Source: Mariprofundaceae bacterium (lineage in GTDB: Bacteria > Pseudomonadota > Zetaproteobacteria > Mariprofundales > Mariprofundaceae). From it: a DNA stretch of 64,000 nucleotides. The notes under the pieces were generated by a model that was not told where the DNA came from, did no database searches, and worked only from the letters and a program-made list of their open reading frames with translations. Position numbers and translations under genes: made by a program. Below are positions 19,957-29,108 of the stretch, one piece after another. Location: the NCBI GenBank assembly GCA_030950925.1, contig JAUZQO010000022.1, forward strand, positions 1,851-65,850, in the 5' to 3' direction. How positions within the stretch are numbered: the first letter of the stretch is position 1; the number at the start of each line of letters is the position of its first letter.

Positions 19957-21045
19957 ATGAATCACCTACGAGGAAAAAAAATTCGTCTATTAATTGTCGA
20001 TGATTCAGTGGTCTTTCGAACATTTTTTCGTGCTTGTGTGGCACAATTAAAGCATGTTGAAGTCGTGGGTATCGCCAAAGATGGGCGGGATGCGCTGAAT
20101 AAAATCAAACAACTGCAACCTGATGTGGTGACCATGGATATGGAAATGCCACATTTTCATGGCATTGAAGTGATTGAATGTTTACAACATGAAGCACCTG
20201 ATATCTGTGTGCTTGTGATTAGCAGTGAGTCAGAAACAGATGCCGAAAAAACGCTGAAAGCTTTGCAAGTCGGTGCGTTTGATTTTGTTTTGAAGCCCAA
20301 AGCATCCGAGCGTGATCCCACGGCTGTTTTATTAAAAATGTTGAAAGAAACCTTGCCACGTGCACGCAGTGTGAGTCGCGTCAGAGGTTGTGATAAAGTT
20401 GATACCTTTTCGCGCGTTTCTGCGCAGTCGATGGTGCAACGAAAATCCAAACGTATGAGTATGGCAAAAAAAGCAGATTTGGTTGCAATGGGTTCCAGTA
20501 CAGGTGGACCAGAAGCCTTGCATAAAGTATTGAGTATGTTGCCAGCTAATTTCTCTTTGCCGATTACGGTGACGCAGCATATGCCGAAGTTGTTTTTACA
20601 GTCTTTGGCGGATCGCTTGGATCGAGAAACCAAGTTACAAGCGAAGTTGGCAGAAGATGGTATGGTGTTGGAAGGTGGTTGTATTTATGTGGCACCAGGT
20701 GATGTGCATATGGAAATTGAACGCATGGGTGCAAAATTATGTGTGAAACTGGTGGATGGTGAGAAGGTGCATCATTGTAAACCGGCCGTGGATGTCACCT
20801 TTTATTCATTGGTGAAACTATTGCCAAGAACACGTTGTGTGGCAGTGGTGTTGACAGGCATGGGAGCAGATGGCGCTGCGGGAGCCAAAGCCATGCGAGA
20901 TAAGCAGGCTTATGTGATTGCCCAAGATGAACAAAGTAGTGTGGTATGGGGTATGCCAGGTGAAACGGTGAAATGCGGTGCAGCACATGAGGTGCTACCG
21001 CTCAATGAGATTGCAATGGGCATTGTACAAGCGAGTGGAGGCTAG
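19957..21045 (+). CDS. cheB: Chemotaxis response regulator protein-glutamate methylesterase
   Basis: N-terminal receiver (LLIVDDSVVFR...DVVTMDMEMPHFHG) and C-terminal esterase with GSSTGGPEAL, plus the H and D regions (HMPKLF, GMGADGA). Confidence 0.9.
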   Translation: MNHLRGKKIRLLIVDDSVVFRTFFRACVAQLKHVEVVGIAKDGRDALNKIKQLQPDVVTMDMEMPHFHGIEVIECLQHEAPDICVLVISSESETDAEKTLKALQVGAFDFVLKPKASERDPTAVLLKMLKETLPRARSVSRVRGCDKVDTFSRVSAQSMVQRKSKRMSMAKKADLVAMGSSTGGPEALHKVLSMLPANFSLPITVTQHMPKLFLQSLADRLDRETKLQAKLAEDGMVLEGGCIYVAPGDVHMEIERMGAKLCVKLVDGEKVHHCKPAVDVTFYSLVKLLPRTRCVAVVLTGMGADGAAGAKAMRDKQAYVIAQDEQSSVVWGMPGETVKCGAAHEVLPLNEIAMGIVQASGG

Positions 21046-21048
21046 GGT

Positions 21049-21882
21049 ATGACAATACGTTCGGATTTATTTACTTATTTACAAGATTTTTTGTTGCGGC
21101 GCAGTGGTTTGATGTTGGCAGATGATAAGGCTTACTTGATACGATCACGAGTGCAGGTATTGCTGCGCAAGTTTGATATTGCAGATATTAACACCTTGGT
21201 GATGCGGATTAAACGTCAAGAAACAGGTGATATTGCAAAAGCCCTGATTGATGAAATGACGACCAATGAAACCTTGTTTTTCCGTGATAAGTATCCTTTT
21301 GAAGCATTGAAAAAGATTATTTTCCCTGCTTTGAATGATACGGGAGGGATGCATTCGCCTGTAAAAATATGGTCGGCGGCATCATCGCGTGGGCAAGAAC
21401 CTTACTCCATTGCCATGACGGCGGCTGAAGCATTACCCAATGCAACACAACGGGTGAAAATTTTGGCAACAGATTTATCCGAGCAAGCTGTGAACTATGG
21501 TCAATCAGGCATTTATTCTCAAATTGAAGTCAAGCGTGGTTTGGGTGAAAAACAATTGTCACGATTTTTCTCTAAACAAGGAGAAACATGGCAGGTACGC
21601 CAAGATTTAAAGCGTATGATGACTTTTCAAGAGGCAAATTTAGTGGATGATGCTGTGGTGATGCGAGCTCGTAGTTATGGACCATTTGATATTGTTTTTT
21701 GTCGGAATGTTTTGATTTATTTTTCACCTGAAGAACGAAAAAATGTGATTGATCGCTTGGCTAAAACCATGAAGCCACATGCTTATTTATTGACTGGAGC
21801 AGCCGACCGTGTGATAGGTCATGCTTCAAAATGGAAATCTACGATGTTTCAAGGTAAGCGCATTTGGCAGTTACAATCATGA
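21049..21882 (+). CDS. cheR: Chemotaxis protein methyltransferase
   Basis: TNETLFFRD, the SAM-binding IWSAASSRGQEPYSIAM and FDIVFCRNVLIYF. Confidence 0.9.
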   Translation: MTIRSDLFTYLQDFLLRRSGLMLADDKAYLIRSRVQVLLRKFDIADINTLVMRIKRQETGDIAKALIDEMTTNETLFFRDKYPFEALKKIIFPALNDTGGMHSPVKIWSAASSRGQEPYSIAMTAAEALPNATQRVKILATDLSEQAVNYGQSGIYSQIEVKRGLGEKQLSRFFSKQGETWQVRQDLKRMMTFQEANLVDDAVVMRARSYGPFDIVFCRNVLIYFSPEERKNVIDRLAKTMKPHAYLLTGAADRVIGHASKWKSTMFQGKRIWQLQS

Positions 21883-21953
21883 TGCAACATGAATGCAAGT
21901 TCTTTTTTGGAAACCAATAGTTTCCTCGCTACGGTGGGAATGGATTCTTGCTA

Positions 21954-24722
21954 CTATTGTAGTGGAACCTTGCCAACCAAGGATTTCACTGTTTGAAGAA
22001 TCTCGTCACCTTTTAGTTGCTGTTTTACCATATAAGTATCAGCGCCTGATTCAAGCGCACGCATGCGATCTTCGACACTTTCACGTGTTGAAATAATCAT
22101 CAATGGTAAATTTTCATAACGTGATTGGTTACGAATGCGACGAACCAAACCAAAGCCATCCAAACGAGGCATTTCCAAATCAGTGACAACCATATCATAC
22201 GTTTTGACCTGTAATTTTTCCAAAGCATCCAAACCATCAATGGCAGTATCGACTTCAAAACCGATACTTTCAAAGATACTTTTCTCAACTTCACGCGCAA
22301 TCAGTGAGTCATCCACCAATAAGATATTAAAATGAAGCTTATCATCTTCTTTGACATGAATTTCGATATGTTGATCGGGAGAAGTGCGTCCCATTTCCTT
22401 GATGCCATAGGGTTCTAAAAGCATGATGACGGAACCATCGGAAGCAATGGTGTTGCCCATCAGACCTTGAGGGTTATAACGTTTGATGTATGGATCGAGG
22501 TCACGCACCACAATTTCAATATCATCCAACAGTTCATCCACGACGATACCAACATAGCCTTCAATATGTTCGGCAATAATAATGTTCCCTTTCTTTTTTT
22601 CTGGCGTGGCATCGCTGTTGCCTAAGACATGACGCATATCCACAAGAGGGACTTGATAGTGTTCGTAAAGAATAAATTCTTTGCCATCACTGCTTCGTTG
22701 GACCTGTGTGGTATGATAAGGAATGGCTTGTTCTACCATATGGGTCAGCATACCAAAACGCATATCACCCATGCGAAATATCAAGGCAAATTGAACAGCA
22801 ATACTGACAGGAATGGATAGAATAAAGTTTGTACCCTTCCCAACCTCACTTTGAATACGAATGGAGCCTGTCAGACGACGCACAGTATCTTGCACCACAT
22901 TCATGCCGATTCCACGTCCTGAAGTGGCATCCACCGTCTCTCTTGTGGTGAAACCTGGGCGAAAAATCATTTCAAGGATTTCAGCCGAATCCATTTGATC
23001 GGCTTCGACTTGGGTGGTAACGCCTTTAGAAACGGCAGATTTTTTGATGATTTCAGTATCTAAGCCACGTCCATCATCCATAATTTCAATACGAATTTCA
23101 CTACCATTTTGTTGTGCAATAATGGAAACTTGCCCTTCTTCAGGTTTACCCGCTGCCAAGCGTTCTTTGGGTGACTCAATGCCATGGGCTACGGCATTGT
23201 TTAGCAAGTGAACAAGCGGTTCAACCAAGGACTCGGTAACGCCTTGGTCCATTTCCAATGTTTTGCCACCAATCACCAAACTTACACGTTTATTCAAGCG
23301 GATTGCGACATCTCGAATGGCTCGTGGAAAGGTAGAAAAAATATTATCCAAAGGACGTAACATGAGTGCAAGCACCTGATCACGAAGATCGCGCATCATA
23401 TATTCATTGCGAATGTTAGAAAAACGAACGTCTTCAATAAAACGTCGTTGTTGGCGTGCTTGTTGTTCAAAACCGATATTCAGTTGTTGTAACAGTTGCT
23501 TGCTGGCTTTTGCATCCAATTCATCTGCTGATTTTTCAAAGTGCTGAAAATCACGTTGTAATGTTCGAAAGTCCTTGGATAGGCGTATAAATTGGGTTTC
23601 GAAAGCTTCATCTCTTGCTTGCTGGGTACTCAATTCAATGACTTGGTTGGATAGGTTCTCCAAGCGCTCTGCATCAACCCGTAAAAAACGCCCTGAACTT
23701 TTACGTTGAGCCGTTTTATTCATTTCCATTTGTTCAATATTGGGACGGAATGAAGAAGCATCCGAATCTAACTTAGCTTCTTTAAGGGCGATTTGACGGG
23801 GGGCTTCTGTGAAAGTGGGGCGTACTTCAGTACCTGCAAGCACTTCTATATTTGCAATGTCTACTGCCGTTTCATGTTTTCTGGGTTCGATTTCTGATAC
23901 AGTTTGAGAAACGGAAGTGCAGTCAAGGGTGGAGACACGTGCTGCCTCGGTCGCAAGGTTGGCTTGTTGCTGTTTTTTCCAAGCCTCTGCTTCACCAGCC
24001 CCGATAAGTTCAGTAGTGGGTACTTTTTCTGATAGATTGACGATGGGTTTTGAGTCCGAAGTGCCTATCAAATCAGTGTTTGATGTACGGTCATCAAGAT
24101 CCAATACGGGGACTTCCTCTATGCTTTCAAAGGAAATTTCATCGCCACTAAGCCAGCCATCTAAATCTGGAAAGTCTTCAATCATATCAATGTCAATGGT
24201 GGTGATATCATCATCTTGATTTTCTCTATCCAATGAGTCAATCAAGAGGGGGGTTTCTTCTTCTGTAGGCTTTGAAATTGTCGGTAAAGGAACAAGGTTG
24301 TCAGGTGTTGAAATGGGGGCAGCCATAGGTTTGTCAATATGGTCTATGAGTTTCTGTTGACTGGCTTGTAAAGGTCCAGCCTCAATCAATTGTTGAGCAT
24401 CTGGATCTTTTAGACGGTCATCTAAAGCATCATGAATATCATAAAGAAATTGAATCATGGCTGGTTCTTTTCGCCAGCTTGGATGCTTCATCAATTGTTC
24501 CATCATATCTTCGAAAATATGAGCAGCCTCACCAATATCAGTGACGCCCAACATGAGAGCAGAGCCTTTGATGGTATGGGCATCACGTCGCAAAGCGACC
24601 ATACCTTCTTCTGTTAAGTCACCCGCCTCAAATTTGACCAAGGCTTGGTTAATCGAACTAAGTCGTTCACGAGCCTCATCAAAGAAGGAGGCTAAAAAAT
24701 TGGATAAGTCAAAACCTGACAC
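21954..24722 (-). CDS. cheA: Second hybrid CheA (Hpt, long acidic linker, HATPase, CheW-like domain, C-terminal receiver)
   Basis: Hpt DAHTIKGSALMLG, NNAVAHGIE, MDDGRGLD, SGRGIGMNVV, the CheW-like MRFGMLTHMVEQAI... and the receiver ILLVDDSLIARE...DMVVTDLEMPRLDG...YMVKQ. Confidence 0.9.
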   Translation of the reverse strand: MSGFDLSNFLASFFDEARERLSSINQALVKFEAGDLTEEGMVALRRDAHTIKGSALMLGVTDIGEAAHIFEDMMEQLMKHPSWRKEPAMIQFLYDIHDALDDRLKDPDAQQLIEAGPLQASQQKLIDHIDKPMAAPISTPDNLVPLPTISKPTEEETPLLIDSLDRENQDDDITTIDIDMIEDFPDLDGWLSGDEISFESIEEVPVLDLDDRTSNTDLIGTSDSKPIVNLSEKVPTTELIGAGEAEAWKKQQQANLATEAARVSTLDCTSVSQTVSEIEPRKHETAVDIANIEVLAGTEVRPTFTEAPRQIALKEAKLDSDASSFRPNIEQMEMNKTAQRKSSGRFLRVDAERLENLSNQVIELSTQQARDEAFETQFIRLSKDFRTLQRDFQHFEKSADELDAKASKQLLQQLNIGFEQQARQQRRFIEDVRFSNIRNEYMMRDLRDQVLALMLRPLDNIFSTFPRAIRDVAIRLNKRVSLVIGGKTLEMDQGVTESLVEPLVHLLNNAVAHGIESPKERLAAGKPEEGQVSIIAQQNGSEIRIEIMDDGRGLDTEIIKKSAVSKGVTTQVEADQMDSAEILEMIFRPGFTTRETVDATSGRGIGMNVVQDTVRRLTGSIRIQSEVGKGTNFILSIPVSIAVQFALIFRMGDMRFGMLTHMVEQAIPYHTTQVQRSSDGKEFILYEHYQVPLVDMRHVLGNSDATPEKKKGNIIIAEHIEGYVGIVVDELLDDIEIVVRDLDPYIKRYNPQGLMGNTIASDGSVIMLLEPYGIKEMGRTSPDQHIEIHVKEDDKLHFNILLVDDSLIAREVEKSIFESIGFEVDTAIDGLDALEKLQVKTYDMVVTDLEMPRLDGFGLVRRIRNQSRYENLPLMIISTRESVEDRMRALESGADTYMVKQQLKGDEILQTVKSLVGKVPLQ

Positions 24723-24740
24723 AAAAAATATCGAAAGAGA

Positions 24741-26198
24741 CTAAATGAGTTTCTGCAGATCATCTGCCACATCATTCAGTCGATAGGATGCATCACGTGA
24801 TTTATCCATTTGTGCAGCAGAATCTTGTAGAAGATCAGAAATTTGACGCATGGTCAGCACAAACTCTTGGGAACTCTCATCTTGGCGTTTGGTGGCTTGG
24901 GCAATGGTGCGCACTGCCTGACTGGTTTTTTCAGACATGGATTTCATCTTGCTGAGGGATTGACCAGCATTCTGGGCAACACTCACACCCTTATCCACTT
25001 CCTCCAGTCCTTTTTTGGTGACTTCAATGGATTCTCGTGTTGATTTATTTACATCATCCACCACAATCTGAATTTCTTCGGTGAATTGACGCGCACGTTC
25101 AGAGAGACGGCGTACTTCTCCTGCGACAACGGAGAAGCGTTTACCAAATTCTCCAGCAGCAGCCGATTCAATGGATGCGTTGAGTGCCAGAAGATGGGTT
25201 TCATCGGCCAGTTCTTGCAATGCACCGAGTGATTCTAAAATTTGTTCGGATTTTCGCCCTGAGTCGGTCACCTTTTCTGCAATGAGTGCCACTTCTTTAC
25301 GAATACGTTCCATATAACCAATGGTTTCATTCACGGCTTCAGCACCTTCTTCAGCAGAAAAAGCAGTGGCGGCAGCAATCCGTTCCACGCTTGCAGCGGT
25401 GGTCGCGATTTTCTTGGCAGAACCAGACATCTCTTCCAACTCCATGGTTACACCTGCCACGGATTGAGCCTGTGTTGATGATGCTGTTGCCTGACTATCG
25501 ACTGCGGTAAGAATTTCTGAGGATGCATGACTCACACCTTCGGACATTTGACCAATGGCACCTGCAATATTGGTGACAAAGCTACGGTTGAAAAATGCCA
25601 TGACGAATACAATGAAAATAATGATGCCCACATTAATCATGGAGTACAGTTGAATTTGATTTTCTTTGGCACTTTGCTCGGTGGACAGTGATGTCGCAAG
25701 CTGGGTTGCCACACTGTTCAGCTTATCTTGGGCTACAAATACAAGGCTTTGTGCGACAACGGTGACATTACTTGCCATTTGAGTAGGAATTTTTCCACTG
25801 GTGATGTCCTGTGAAATCTTGATCACTTCTTGCATCAAATCATGGACTTCTTTGAGCCTTTTAATATCAGCAACTTGGAGTGAAGGCATGGCAGATACTT
25901 GAGTGTATAATTTTAGGAACGCATTGGATGCCTGCTTGATTTTTCCAATATCTTCTTTGTTACCCGTCAGTGTAAAGTCATTCAAAGGCAACAATACATT
26001 GGGAAGGGAGGCACGAAAACTCTCTAGGGATGTTTGTTGGCTGTTGAGTGCGGAAATTTGATTGATGCCTTCAGAAGCTCGGTTAAATGCAAAGAATACG
26101 GTGCCAATAAGAACGGCAAACAATGCAATAGAAATAAGCGTGTTCCGACGCGCCAGTTGTCGGATACTGATTACAGTACGTTTTTGCTCGTCTGTCAT
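24741..26198 (-). CDS. Methyl-accepting chemotaxis protein (two TM, short signalling module)
   Basis: The signalling hairpin is [41 protein letters not shown]. The start is chosen at MTDEQKRTV; the track start 26261 is possible but unsupported. Confidence 0.85.
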   Translation of the reverse strand: MTDEQKRTVISIRQLARRNTLISIALFAVLIGTVFFAFNRASEGINQISALNSQQTSLESFRASLPNVLLPLNDFTLTGNKEDIGKIKQASNAFLKLYTQVSAMPSLQVADIKRLKEVHDLMQEVIKISQDITSGKIPTQMASNVTVVAQSLVFVAQDKLNSVATQLATSLSTEQSAKENQIQLYSMINVGIIIFIVFVMAFFNRSFVTNIAGAIGQMSEGVSHASSEILTAVDSQATASSTQAQSVAGVTMELEEMSGSAKKIATTAASVERIAAATAFSAEEGAEAVNETIGYMERIRKEVALIAEKVTDSGRKSEQILESLGALQELADETHLLALNASIESAAAGEFGKRFSVVAGEVRRLSERARQFTEEIQIVVDDVNKSTRESIEVTKKGLEEVDKGVSVAQNAGQSLSKMKSMSEKTSQAVRTIAQATKRQDESSQEFVLTMRQISDLLQDSAAQMDKSRDASYRLNDVADDLQKLI

Positions 26199-26303
26199 AA
26201 TAATTCCCCTCAATGTGTAACTGACTTCGAATGATACGAATGGTGATAAATTTAGCTGCATATTGACGATTAAATATTATTTAATCAAGTAAGTGTGTCT
26301 GCT

Positions 26304-26783
26304 TTATTTAAACAAGGCTGCCGTATGAAGTATTCGGTAGTCTTGGTTTTTGATGTTTAAACTCCGATAGAAAAATCCCTGTGAACCTTGTGTTGCCTGT
26401 AGAAAAGTTTCTTCTGGAATGGGTTCAAGTGATAAAATTTCTTCTGTGCGCAAGGCAAGATGCATTTTGGGATGACTAAGGACAATGAAACGCACGCTAT
26501 CATCAAATGTTTGCTTACTGTAGGGTAAAGCCATCACCTGACAAGGGTCAATCACACACACTACCTGACCATGAATATTGCAAACACCCAATAAGTGGTC
26601 TGGCGCCATGGGTACAGGGGTTAAGCGTTGCCGATGAACCACTTCGGATACATCAGAAACGGGAATAAGAATAATTTCTTGACCCACACGAACCTGCATA
26701 ACTTCTACGTAAGTTTGATTAAAATTAGTATGAATCTTTTCTGTGGGTCGAGAACTGGGGGGGATACTGGTTTGAGGAGACAT
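26304..26783 (-). CDS. cheW: CheW-like coupling protein
   Basis: VMQVRVGQEIILIPVSDVSEVV...PMAPDHLLGVCNIHGQVVCVIDP. It starts 3 nt after the upstream ATPase stop. Confidence 0.8.
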   Translation of the reverse strand: MSPQTSIPPSSRPTEKIHTNFNQTYVEVMQVRVGQEIILIPVSDVSEVVHRQRLTPVPMAPDHLLGVCNIHGQVVCVIDPCQVMALPYSKQTFDDSVRFIVLSHPKMHLALRTEEILSLEPIPEETFLQATQGSQGFFYRSLNIKNQDYRILHTAALFK

Positions 26784-26786
26784 GAC

Positions 26787-28988
26787 TTACATCCTTTGTT
26801 GAATAGCCGAAGCGATTCGAGCATACATAGAAAGAATTTTTCTAACACGTGCTTGTAATTTCATAGGCTCAACGGGTTTTCCGATATAGTCATCTGCGCC
26901 TGATTCCAAGCCAAAAACTTCATCCTCTTCATCTTTTCTTGAGGTTAGCATGACCACGGGAATGTGGTCATAGGCGGCGTTTTCGCGGATTTTTTTCACC
27001 AGTTCAGGACCATTCATGTTGGGCATTTCGAAATCGGTCAAGACAAGGCTGATGCTGCTGCTGAGCCGCTGCAAGGTATCCCACCCCTGCTGACCATCTT
27101 CGGCATCCAAAACATCGTAACCTTCTGATTGTAAGACAAACTTCACTAAGCTTCGAATGCTTTTGGAATCATCCACAATCAATACAGTTTGTTTGCCTGT
27201 GTATAAGTTTTCTTGGTTATGCGCCTTATCTTTTTGACGTATGCTCTCGCCTACAGACATAAGAGATCCATCGTCAGCGAGACGTTGATCAAGGCGGAAG
27301 CCTTCTGGAGGGCTTGAATTGCGAATGACTTCTTCAATACTGGTGATGCCAGACAAAGCCTTGTTGATGCCATCCTCAAACAAGCAAAACATACCATCTT
27401 CACGCGCCGCTTGCATCAAATCTTGATCGGGTGCTTCGCGTGAAATCATTTCACGCATGCGGTCATTCACATACAATACTTCATGGATACCAAGACGACC
27501 CTTATAACCAATATTCATACAGGCTTTGCAGCCAACAGCTTCATAAAACTCTAAACCTTCAGGGACACCATAACGCTCGCAAAATTCAGGATTGGGGCGT
27601 GCTTTTCTCTTGCACTTGGGGCATAGGCGACGTGCCAAACGTTGTGCAACAATGAGGTTGAGTGAGGAGGAAAGCATGGTGGACTTGATACCCATTTCAA
27701 TCAAGCGGGTGATGGTTGAAGGCGCATCATTGGTATGCAGTGTGGATAATACCATGTGTCCTGTTTGCGCCGCATGCAAAGCAATTTCAGCGGTTTCTTC
27801 ATCACGAATTTCACCCACCATGACAATGTCGGGATCTTGTCGCAAAATAGAACGTAGTGCTGCACCAAATGTCATACCAGCCTTGGCATTCACTTGTACT
27901 TGATTGATGCCTTTAAGTTGAAATTCCACGGGGTCTTCAACGGTAATCAAGTTGCTTTCTTCTTCATTGATATGGTTCAAAAAGGAATAAAGTGTGGTGG
28001 TTTTTCCAGAACCTGTAGGTCCTGTCACCAACACTGCACCCGTTGGCTTGGTGATGGATTCACGAACACGTTGATCAGCCAGTTTCTCAAAGCCAAGGAT
28101 GTCTAAATCCAAGGATAAACCGCTTTTATCCAAAATACGCAACACCGCTTTTTCACCATAAAATGAAGGGAGAATAGATACACGCATATCATAGGCTTTA
28201 CCCCATAATTTGATGCGGGTGCGACCATCTTGTGGCGTGCGTGTGTTGGAGATATCTAGTTTGGAGGTGATTTTTATGCGCGAAATAACAATGGGATGGG
28301 CTTTAACAGGAAACTGCAAAGCAATTTTCAAACGCCCGTCCACACGCATACGTACAATACTGGTACGTTCACCTGCTTCAATATGAATATCTGATGCACC
28401 CAGTTTAAGTGCTTGTACCATAATACCATTGACCAACTTGATAATGGGCGATTCATCGGCACCCTTTTTCAGTGCATCAATGTCATCATCGTGTTCAGGA
28501 TCGTCTTCCGTGGCAAAGCTAGCATCATCATCCAAGCCTGACATAGCATCGTCAAAAGCTGCGTTGCCTTGGTAAACATCACGTATTTTTTTCTGAATGG
28601 CATCGGGGCGTGCAAAAATAGTCTTGACCCGCTCCCCCAATTTGAATTGCAAGGAATCCAATGCCGAGAAATTCATGGGGTTGCCTGTGGCAATCACCAA
28701 CTCACCATTTTGAAAATCAATGGGGATAAAATTGTAATCCAAACATAGTTTTTCAGGGCAACGCTCTATCAATTCATCGCTAGGGCGTATGTTGGTGATA
28801 TCCAAAAAGGGCACTTTATAAATGCGCGCCAATGTTTGTACAATGGCTGAGCTATCAATGCCTTCTAGACCAAGGAGAGAATATAAAAGACCGTGCTTTT
28901 GGGTGTCAGGGTGCTGTAGAGCATCTTTAATTTGCTCTTGGGTGGCAACGCCACTTTCAATCAACTGTCGTTGTTGTTTCAGTAGCAT
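26787..28988 (-). CDS. PilB/GspE/MshE-family secretion ATPase fused to a C-terminal CheY-like receiver domain
   Basis: T2SSE_N-like N-domain, Walker [11 protein letters not shown], Asp box ITVEDPVE, Walker B DPDIVMVGEIRD, His box LSTLHTNDA and the tetracysteine CPKC...CKAC. This is followed by TVLIVDDSKSIRS...LVLTDFEMPNMNG...VVMLTS...GKPVEP, a complete receiver. Confidence 0.85.
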   Translation of the reverse strand: MLLKQQRQLIESGVATQEQIKDALQHPDTQKHGLLYSLLGLEGIDSSAIVQTLARIYKVPFLDITNIRPSDELIERCPEKLCLDYNFIPIDFQNGELVIATGNPMNFSALDSLQFKLGERVKTIFARPDAIQKKIRDVYQGNAAFDDAMSGLDDDASFATEDDPEHDDDIDALKKGADESPIIKLVNGIMVQALKLGASDIHIEAGERTSIVRMRVDGRLKIALQFPVKAHPIVISRIKITSKLDISNTRTPQDGRTRIKLWGKAYDMRVSILPSFYGEKAVLRILDKSGLSLDLDILGFEKLADQRVRESITKPTGAVLVTGPTGSGKTTTLYSFLNHINEEESNLITVEDPVEFQLKGINQVQVNAKAGMTFGAALRSILRQDPDIVMVGEIRDEETAEIALHAAQTGHMVLSTLHTNDAPSTITRLIEMGIKSTMLSSSLNLIVAQRLARRLCPKCKRKARPNPEFCERYGVPEGLEFYEAVGCKACMNIGYKGRLGIHEVLYVNDRMREMISREAPDQDLMQAAREDGMFCLFEDGINKALSGITSIEEVIRNSSPPEGFRLDQRLADDGSLMSVGESIRQKDKAHNQENLYTGKQTVLIVDDSKSIRSLVKFVLQSEGYDVLDAEDGQQGWDTLQRLSSSISLVLTDFEMPNMNGPELVKKIRENAAYDHIPVVMLTSRKDEEDEVFGLESGADDYIGKPVEPMKLQARVRKILSMYARIASAIQQRM

Positions 28989-29108
28989 AAGAATAGGTGC
29001 CTTGGAAAGTTCTTCATTAGCACGTCACCTTACTGAGCCATATCACGAAAATCAAGAATGATATGGGCTGCTCGTGATTTATGCGTATAATATCGTTACT
29101 GTGCCGCG

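Noticed and set aside
21883-21953. Bidirectional terminator between the convergent cheR and cheA genes
   Set aside because: Only a 6-bp stem (ggaaac/gtttcc) is present, and its T-run is on the wrong side for either transcript. This is not a convincing intrinsic terminator.
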